NCBI GenBank assembly: GCA_965218975.1
Contig: OZ244717.1
Location: forward strand, 960,001-1,024,000
DNA: 64,000 bases
Direction of reading: 5' to 3'
From: Candidatus Oxydemutatoraceae bacterium
Lineage (GTDB): Bacteria > Pseudomonadota > Gammaproteobacteria > Poriferisulfidales > Oxydemutatoraceae
Positions within the stretch are counted from its first letter, which is position 1. The number at the start of each line of letters is the position of its first letter. The translations under genes were made by a program, and so were the position numbers. Under the pieces are notes generated by a model. That model had not been told where the DNA came from. It saw only the letters and a list, made by a program, of their open reading frames with translations, and did no database searches. Shown in pieces: positions 15,001-24,580 of this stretch.

Positions 15001-18000
15001 GGCATCGGTTGATATTACGATAGAGATCACGAGCGAAGAGCTCACGACCGAATCGGTATTTGCTGAGGATCAAACGATTACGTTAGAGTTTACCGGCGAT
15101 GCGATGCCTGAGGACGACTATACGGTATCGGTCGACGGTTCGCCGCTGTTACCGCCGTATGAGTTGACTTTGGCGGCAGGAGAATTTGCGGTAAGTGCAA
15201 CGATCATGGCGCTAATAGACGACATGACGGCTGAGGGGGATGAGACAATTATGATTACCGCGCGGCATGGTGACGACACAATCGGCGAGGAAACGATCAC
15301 GATCATTGATAACGTGGCGCCGGTATTCACCAGTTTGGAAAGTTTTGAGGTCAACGAAGGGCAGACAGCAGTGGGCACGATGACGGCTGAGGATGCGAAC
15401 CCGCAAGACGAGGTGAGGTATTCGGTTACCGGCAGCGCGGATGATGCCCTGTTCACCATAGATTCGTCTTCGGGCGAGTTGAGCTTCACAACCGCACCGG
15501 ACTTTGAGAATCCGGTAGATACGGATAACGTTTACATGCTTACGGTGACGGCAATCGGCGGCACGGACGCTCGAGCGTTGACGACGACGCAAGCGATTAC
15601 GGTGACGGTGCTTGATGTGGTGACTACGATCACGATTACGGCAGACGAGGCAGAGGTCACGGAAGGCGAGTCGGCGGTATTTGTATTTGAGCGGACCGAC
15701 GCGACGGATGCGCCGGTATTGGCGGTGAACATTACGGTAGATGATCCCGACGGGGTGCTTGCGGCAGCGGCACCTGAAATGGTGACTTTTGACGCCGGTT
15801 CTGCGACAGCGGAGCTCAGTCTTGCCACCGACGACGATACGCTTGAAGAAGACGACGGCGTAGTGACGGTTACCATCATAGACGGTGCGGATTATAGGAT
15901 CGGTATTGAGAACAGTGCTTCGGTGCGTGTTGTCGACGACGACGTCAACATGGCACCGGTATTCAGCAGTTCGGAAAATTTTGAGGTCAACGAAGGGCAG
16001 ACAGTAGTCGGCACAGTGACGGCTGAGGATGCGAACATAGAGGACGAAGTGACGTATTCGATTACCGGCGACGGTGCGGATGATGCCTTGTTTGATATCG
16101 ACTCGTCTTCGGGCGAACTGATCTTCACAACCGCACCGGACTATGAGAATCCGGTGGATGCGGATGAAGACAATAACTACATGCTCACGGTGACGGCGAG
16201 CGGCGGCACGGACGCTCGGGCGTTGACGACGACGCAAGCGATTACGGTGACGGTGCTTGATGTGGCTACGACGATTACGATTACGGCGGCAGAGCCGACG
16301 GTCACGGAAGGCGAGCCGGCAGTGTTCACGTTCAGTCGGACCGACGCGACGGATGCGCCGACATTGACAGTGAACATTACGATAGATGCGACCGACGAAG
16401 TGCTTGCGGATGTGGCGCCTGGCATGGTGACTTTTGACGCCGGTTCTACGACAACGGTACTTAGCCTTGCCACCGTCATTGATGAGGCGTTTGGTGTCAG
16501 AACGGTGACGGTTACCGTGAACGACGGTGTGGATTATGAGGTCGGTATTGAGAATAGCGCCGAGGTGCGGGTGATTGACGTCAACGTGGCGCCGGTATTC
16601 AGTGAGCCGGTGAGTTTTGACATTGATGAGAGTCTGACAGTAGTCGGCACGGTGACGGCTGAGGATGCGAACATAGAGGACGAGGTGATGTATTCGGTTA
16701 CCGGCGGTGCGGATGATGCCCTGTTTGATGTCGACTCGTCTTCGGGCGAACTGAGCTTCACAACTGCACCGGACTATGAGAATCCGGCGGATGCGGATAC
16801 GGATAACGTTTATATGCTCATCGTGACGGCGGCCGGCGGCACGGACGCTCGAGCGTTGACGACGACACAAGGGATTACGGTGACGGTGCTTGATGTGCCG
16901 ACGACGGTCACGATTACGGCAGACAAGGCAGAGGTCACGGAAGGCGAGCCGGCGGTGTTTACATTCAGTCGGACCGACGCGACAGATGCGCCGGCATTGA
17001 CAGTGAACATTACGATAGATGCGACCGACGAAGTGCTTGCGGATGCGGCGCCTGGTATGGTGACTTTTGACGCCGGTTCTGCGAGAACGGTGCTTAGCCT
17101 TGCCACCGTCATTGATGAGGCGTTTGGCGTCAGGACGGTGATGGTTACCGTGAACGACGGTATGGGTTATGAGGTCGGTATTGAGAATAGCGCCGAGGTG
17201 CGGGTGATTGACGTCAACGTGGCACCGGTATTCAGCAGTGCGGAAAGTTTTGCGGTCAACGAAGGGGAGACGGTAGTCGGCACGGTGACGGCTGCGGATG
17301 CGAACATAGAAGACGAGGTGACGTATTCGGTTACCAACGGCGCGGATCAAGATCAGTTTACTATTGACCCGTCTTCGGGCGAATTGAGTTTCACCACCGC
17401 ACCGGACTTTGAGAATGCGGCGGATGCAGATACGGATAACGTTTATATGCTCATCGTGACGGCGGCCGGCGGCACGGACGCTCGGGCGTTGACGACGACG
17501 CAAGAGATTGCGGTGACGGTGCTTGATGTGGCTACGACGATTACGATTACGGCAGAAGACCCGACGGTCACGGAAGGCGAGCCGGCGGTGTTCACGTTTA
17601 GCCGGACCGACGCGACGGATGCGCTGGCATTGACGGTGAACATTACGGTAGACGATTCCGGCGGAGTGCTTGCGGATGCGGCGCCTGATACGATTACTTT
17701 TGACGCCGATTCTGCGACAACGGTGCTCAACCTTGCCACCATTGATGATACGCTTGAAGAAGACGACAGCACGGTGACGGTTACCGTGAACGACGGTGTG
17801 GGTTATATAGGCGGTATGGATGCGGTCGGTATTGAGAATAGTGCCGAGGTGCGGGTGAACGACAACGACGGGCCGTTAACGATCTCGTTCGTCACGACCG
17901 AGTATATGGTCAATGAAAGCGATAGAGAGGTAAGGTTCGAACTCAGACTGAGCGACGAAAGACCGCTGCGCGGCAATATAAACGTTGGCTTAACGGCACG

Positions 18001-21000
18001 CGACGGCAGCGCGGTCCTTACTGAGGATTATTCCCCGAGAGGTAGTATTACTATCTATACTCCTGGATCAGTTCTGCTGAGATCTGCGCAGTATTTCATT
18101 ATCGATGACGATGTCTTCGAAACCGAAGAATTCTTTTCGTTGAGGATTTCCGGTGTAACGACGTTTCATAGCGACGATGAGGTGGTGATCGGTCAGGGGC
18201 GCGTAGCGACGGTTACCATCATTGATGACGATTTGCCTCCTATCTGGAGTTTGGACATGTTGCCGAGTAGTGTCAGTGAAAGTAGGGACACCGCGGTGCC
18301 GATTGTGATGAGGCGGATGCGTGATTTACTTGACAGAGGATATCCGCTGACGCTTGAGTTGGGGGGGACGGCGACGTTCGGCGAAGACTACGTTATCACG
18401 GATATGGATGACAATTCGTTCGCGTTACCGCTTACATTCCCTGCGCCGTATATTGCCGATGATGTGTTTGATCTTCGGACAGATAAAACAGTCGAATTCC
18501 GCTTAGTGATAACAGACGACGCGGTGTTTGAGGGAGCCGAGACGATTGAGCTGCGATTAACTACGACGGACCCTGACGTTACGATAGGCAGCGATACGAC
18601 TCAGACGATTACGATCATCGACAACGATGCGGTGCCGGTGTTGTCTCTGACGGTCGGTGCAACCGCAATCAATGAAGGCGCATTGACCGATATCGAAGTG
18701 GGAATCACGAACGAGTCGGTATATGCCGAAGATCAAACGATCACGTTAGAGTTTGCCGGCGATGCGATGCCTGAGGACGACTATACGGTAATGGTCGGAG
18801 ATTCGCCGTTGTCGTCGCCGTATGAGTTGACTTTGCCGGCAGGGTTGTCTTCGGTAACCGCAACGATCATGGCGACAGACGACATGACGGCTGAGGGGAA
18901 TGAGACGATCACACTAACCGCGCGGCATGGTGACGATACGATCGGCGAGGAAATGATTACGATCATTGACGATGATGCGGCGCCGGAGTTGGATTTGTCG
19001 GTGAGCGAGACCACCATCGACGAAGGAGCATCGGGCGATATTACGCTAGCAATCACGAACGAATCGGTATTTGCCGAGAATCAAACGATTACGTTAGAGT
19101 TTGACGGCGAGGCGACGCCTGAGGACGACTATACGGTAATGGTCGGAGGTTCGTTGCTGTCGTCGCCGTATCAAGTGATTTTGCCGGCGGGGTCGTCTTC
19201 GGTAAGCGCAATGATCATGGCGCTAATAGACGACATGACGGCTGAGGGGAATGAGACGATTAGGATAACCGCCCGGCATGAAGGCGACACAATCGGCGAG
19301 GAAACGATCACGATCATTGATAACGTAGCGCCGGTATTCAGTGATGCGGTAAGTTTTGAGGTCGACGAAGGACAGACGACGGTCGGCGTTGTGACGGCTG
19401 AGGATGCGAACCCGCAAGACGAGGCAATGTATTCGATTACCGGTGGGGCGGATGATGCCCTGTTTGATATTGACTCGTCTTCGGGTGAGTTGAGTTTCGC
19501 CACCGCACCGGACTTTGAGAATGCGGCGGATGCGGATACGGATAACGTTTATGTGCTCACGGTGACGGCAATCGGCGGCACGGACGCTCGAGCGTTGACG
19601 ACGACGCAAGAGATTACGGTAACGGTGCTTGATGTGCCTACGACGATTACGATTACGGCGGCGGAGCCGACGATAACGGAAGGCGAGTCGGCGGTGTTTA
19701 CATTCAGTCGGACCGACGCGACGGATGCGCCGGCATTGACGGTGAACATTACGATAGATGATCCTGCCGGAGCGCTTGCGACTGCGCTGCCTGGTATGGT
19801 GACTTTTGACGCCGGTTCTGCGCGAACGGTGCTTAGCCTTGCCACCGTCATTGATGAGGCGTTTGGTGTCAGGACGGTGATGGTTACCGTGAACGACGGT
19901 ATGGGTTATGAGGTCGGTATTGAGAATAGCGCCGAGGTGCGGGTGATTGACGTCAACGTGGCACCGGTATTCAGCAGTGCGGAAAGTTTTGAGGTCAACG
20001 AAGGGGAGACGGTAGTCGGCACGGTGACGGCTGAGGATGCGAACATAGAAGACGAAGTGACGTATTCGATTACCAACGGCGCGGATCAAGATCAGTTTAC
20101 TATTGACTCGTCTTCGGGCGAGTTGAGTTTCGCCACCACACCGGACTTTGAGAATCCGGCGGATGCGGACGGAGACAATGCATACATGCTCACGGTGGCG
20201 GCAATCGGCGGCACGGACGCTCGGGCGTTGACGACGACGCAAGCGATTATGGTGACGGTGCTTGATGTGCCGACGACGATTACGATTACGGCAGAAGACC
20301 CGACGGTCACGGAAGGCGAGCCGGCGGTGTTCACATTCAGCCGGACCGAGGCGACGGATGCGCCTGCATTGACGGTGAACATTACGGTAGACGATTCCGG
20401 CGGAGTGCTTGCGGATGCGGCGCCTGATACGATTACTTTTGCTGCCGATTCTGCGACAACGGCGCTCAGTCTTGCCACCGGCGACGATACGCTTGAAGAA
20501 GACGACAGCACGGTGACGGTTACCGTGAACGACGGTGTGGATTATGCGGTCGGTATTGAGAATAGTGCCGAGGTGCGGGTGAACGACAACGACGGGCCGT
20601 TCACGATCTCGTTCGTCCAGAGCGAATATACGTTCAATGAAAGGAACTCGGTAGTTGTCATGATCAGACTGAGCGGCGAAAGACCGCTGCGCGGCGCTGT
20701 AAGCGCTACTATCTCGACAATGGAAGGCAGCGCGCTCCATCCTGAGGATTATACCCTGGTTAATTCTAGGTTTTCATTCGGCCCTAGCGATTCTATCCCT
20801 GCGCTGCGTTCTGAATCTCTTTCTCGTGTCAATGACGCGATTTTCGAGACCGAAGAATTCTTTTCGGTGAGAATTAGATCTGTAATGGCATCGGATCCCG
20901 CCGATGAGGTGGTGATCGGTCAGGGCGAAGCGACGATTACCATCATTGATAACGATTCGCCTCCTATCTGGAGTTTAGACATGTTGCCGAGTAGTGTCAG

Positions 21001-24000
21001 TGAAAGTAGAGACACCGCGGTGCCGATTGTGATGAAGCGGATGCGTGATTTACTTGACAGAGGATATCCGCTGACGCTTGAGTTGGAGGGGACGGCGACG
21101 TTCGGCGAAGACTACGTTATCACGGATATGGATGACAATTCGTTCGCGTTACCGCTTACATTCCCTGCGCCGTATATTGCCGATGATGTGTTTGATCTTC
21201 GGACAGATAAAACAGTCGAATTCCGCTTAGTGATAACAGACGACGCGGTATTTGAGGGAGCCGAGACGATTGAGTTGCGATTAACTACGACGGACCCTGA
21301 CGTTACGATAGGCAGCGATACGACTCAGACGATTACGATCATCGACAACGATGCGGTGCCGGTGTTGGATTTGTCGGTGAGTGCGACCACCATTGAAGAG
21401 GGAGCATCGGTCGATATTACAGTGATGACGAACGAGTCGGTATATGCCGAAGATCAAACGATCACGTTAGAGTTTGCCGGCGATGCGATGCCTGAGGACG
21501 ACTATACGGTAATGGTCGGAGATTCGCCGTTGTCGTCGCCGTATGAGTTGACTTTGCCGGCGGGGTTGTCTTCGGTAACCGCAACGATCATGGCGACAGA
21601 CGACCGAGCGGACGAAGCGAATGAGACGATCACACTAACCGCGCGGCATGAAGGCGACACAATCGGCGAGGAAACGATCACGATCATTGACGATGATGCG
21701 GCGCCGGAGTTGGATTTGTCGGTGAGCGAGACCACCATTGACGAAGGGGCATCGGGCGATATCGAAGTGGGAATCACGAACGAATCGGTATTTGCCGAGA
21801 ATCAAACGATCACATTAGAGTTTGCCGGCGAGGCGACGCCTGAGGACGACTATACGGTAATGGTCGTAGGTTCGTTGCTGTCGTCGCCGTATCAAGTGAT
21901 TTTACCGGCGGGGTCGTCTTCGGTAACCGCGACGATTATGGCGCTAATAGACGACATGACGGCTGAGGGGGATGAGACGATTAGGATAACCGCCCGGCAT
22001 GAAGGCGACACAATCGGCGAGGAAACGATCACGATCATTGATAACGTGGCGCCGGCATTCACCAGTGCAGCAAGTTTTGAGGTCAACGAAGGGCAGACAG
22101 TAGTCGGCACGGTGACGGCTGAGGATGCGAACATAGAGGACGAGGTGACGTATTCGATTACCGGCGACGGTGCGGATGATGCTCTGTTTGTAATTGACTC
22201 GTCTTCGGGTGAATTGAGTTTCGCCACCGCACCGGACTTTGAGAATGCGGCGGATGCGGATACGGATAACGTTTATGTGCTCACGGTGACGGCAATCGGC
22301 GGCACGGACGCTCGAGCGTTGACGATGACGCAAGCGATTACCGTCAGAGTGCTTGATTTGCCGGTAATAACGATTGCGGCAGTCGAGCCGATGGTAACGG
22401 AAGGCGAGCCGGCGGTGTTCGTGTTTGAGGGGACCGACGAGTCGGATTTGTTTGTGTTCTTTACGGTAGTTGAGTCCGGCGAGGTGCTTGCGGCTCCAAC
22501 GCCTTTTGGTATTTCTTTTGGACCTGCTTCCGAGACAGTGATGCTCAGCGTTGCCACCATTGATGATACGCTTGAAGAAGACGACAGCACGGTGACGGTT
22601 ACCATTGGTGTCGACGATATGGGTTTTTATGAAGTCGGTATTGAGAACAGTGCTTCGGTGCGTGTTATCGACAACGACGCCAACGTGGCGCCGGCATTCA
22701 CCAGTGCAGCAAGTTTTGAGGTCAACGAAGGGGAGACGGTAGTCGGCACGGTGACGGCTGCGGATGCGAACATAGAAGACGAAGTGACGTATTCGATTAC
22801 CAACGGTGCGGATGATGCCCTGTTTGACATTAACCCGTCTTCGGGCGAGTTGAGCTTCACAACCGCACCGGACTATGAGAATCCGACGGATGCGGATACG
22901 AATAACGTTTATATGCTCATTGTGACGGCGACCGGCGGCACGGACGCTCGGGCATTGACAACAACGCAAGAGATTGAGGTGACGGTGCTGGATGTGCCGA
23001 CTACAATTACGATTACGGCGGACGAGGCAGAGGTCATAGAAGGCGAACCGGCGATGTTTACACTCAGCCGGACAGACGCGACGGATGCGTCGGCATTGAC
23101 AGTGAACATTACGGTAGATGATCCTGCCGGAGCGCTTGTGGATGCGGCGCCTAGTACAGTGACTTTCGACGCCGGTTCTGCGACAACGATGCTCAGCCTT
23201 GCCACCGTCATTGATGATACGTTCGGTGTCAGGATGGTGACGGTTACCGTTGACGCCGGTGTGGATTATGAAGTCGGTATTGAAAATAGTGCCGAGGTGC
23301 GAGTGGTTGACGTCAACGTGGCGCCGGTATTCAGCAGTTCGGAAAGTTTTGCGGTCAACGAAGGGGAGACGGTAGTCGGCACGGTGACGGCTGCGGATGC
23401 GAACATAGAAGACGAAGTGACGTATTCGATTACCAACGGTGCGGATGATGCCCTGTTTGACATTAACCCGTCTTCGGGCGAGTTGAGCTTCACAACCGCA
23501 CCGGACTATGAGAATCCGACGGATGCGGATACGAATAACGTTTATATGCTCATTGTGACGGCGACCGGCGGCACGGACGCTCGGGCATTGACAACAACGC
23601 AAGAGATTGAGGTGACGGTGCTGGATGTGCCGACTACAATTACGATTACGGCGGACGAGGCAGAGGTCATAGAAGGCGAACCGGCGATGTTTACACTCAG
23701 CCGGACAGACGCGACGGATGCGTCGGCATTGACAGTGAACATTACGGTAGATGATCCTGCCGGAGCGCTTGTGGATGCGGCGCCTAGTACAGTGACTTTC
23801 GACGCCGGTTCTGCGACAACGATGCTCAGCCTTGCCACCGTCATTGATGATACGTTCGGTGTCAGGATGGTGACGGTTACCGTTGACGCCGGTGTGGATT
23901 ATGAAGTCGGTATTGAAAATAGTGCCGAGGTGCGAGTGGTTGACGTCAACGTGGCGCCGGTATTCAGCAGTTCGGAAAGTTTTGCGGTCAACGAAGGACA

Positions 24001-24580
24001 AACAGTAGTCGGCATGGTGACGGCTGAGGATGCGAACATAGAGGACGAAGTGACGTATTCGGTTACCGGCGGTGCGGATGAGACCTTGTTCGCCATTGAC
24101 GACCCGTCTTCGGGCGAGTTGAGATTCACAACCGCACCGAACTATGAGAATCCGACGGATGCGGATACGAATAACGTTTATATGCTCATTGTGACGGCGA
24201 CCGGCGGCACGGACGCTCGGGCATTGACAACAACGCAAGAGATTGAGGTGACGGTGCTGGATGTGCCGACTACAATTACGATTACGGCGGACGAGGCAGA
24301 GGTCACAGAAGGCGAACCGGCGATGTTTACACTCAGCCGGACCGACGCGACGGATGCGCCGACATTGACAGTGAACATTACGGTAGATGCGACCGTCGGA
24401 GTGCTTGCGACTGCGGCGCCTAGTACGGTGACTTTCGACGCCGGTTCTGCGACAGCGGTGCTCAGCCTTGCCACCGTCATTGATGATACGTTCGGTGTCA
24501 GAACGGTGACGGTTACCGTGAACGACGGTGTGGATTATGAGGTCGGTATTGAGAATAGCGCCGAGGTGCGGGTGGTTGAC
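1..24580 (+). repeat. Intragenic hierarchical tandem repeats: ~633-636 bp module, 1134 bp module and ~4.63 kb super-repeat
   Basis: Sequence at base 1 recurs at 4630 (offset 4629; 4638 after the variable domain). Homologous antisense shadow ORFs recur at offsets 633/636 (22909, 23542, 24178), 1134 (12032, 13166) and 16557 (253 vs 16810). Confidence 0.95.

Noticed and set aside
1298-20956. Diversity-generating retroelement as the cause of variable domains
   Set aside because: No reverse transcriptase or template repeat in the window, and the variation includes indels and non-adenine changes. It cannot be excluded genome-wide.
2642-24238. Long antisense ORFs (505-977 aa, Arg/His/Ile-rich) and many ~100-aa Ser/Val-rich antisense ORFs
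   Set aside because: Shadow frames of the repetitive, codon-biased adhesin. They repeat with the same periods and have no protein-like motifs.
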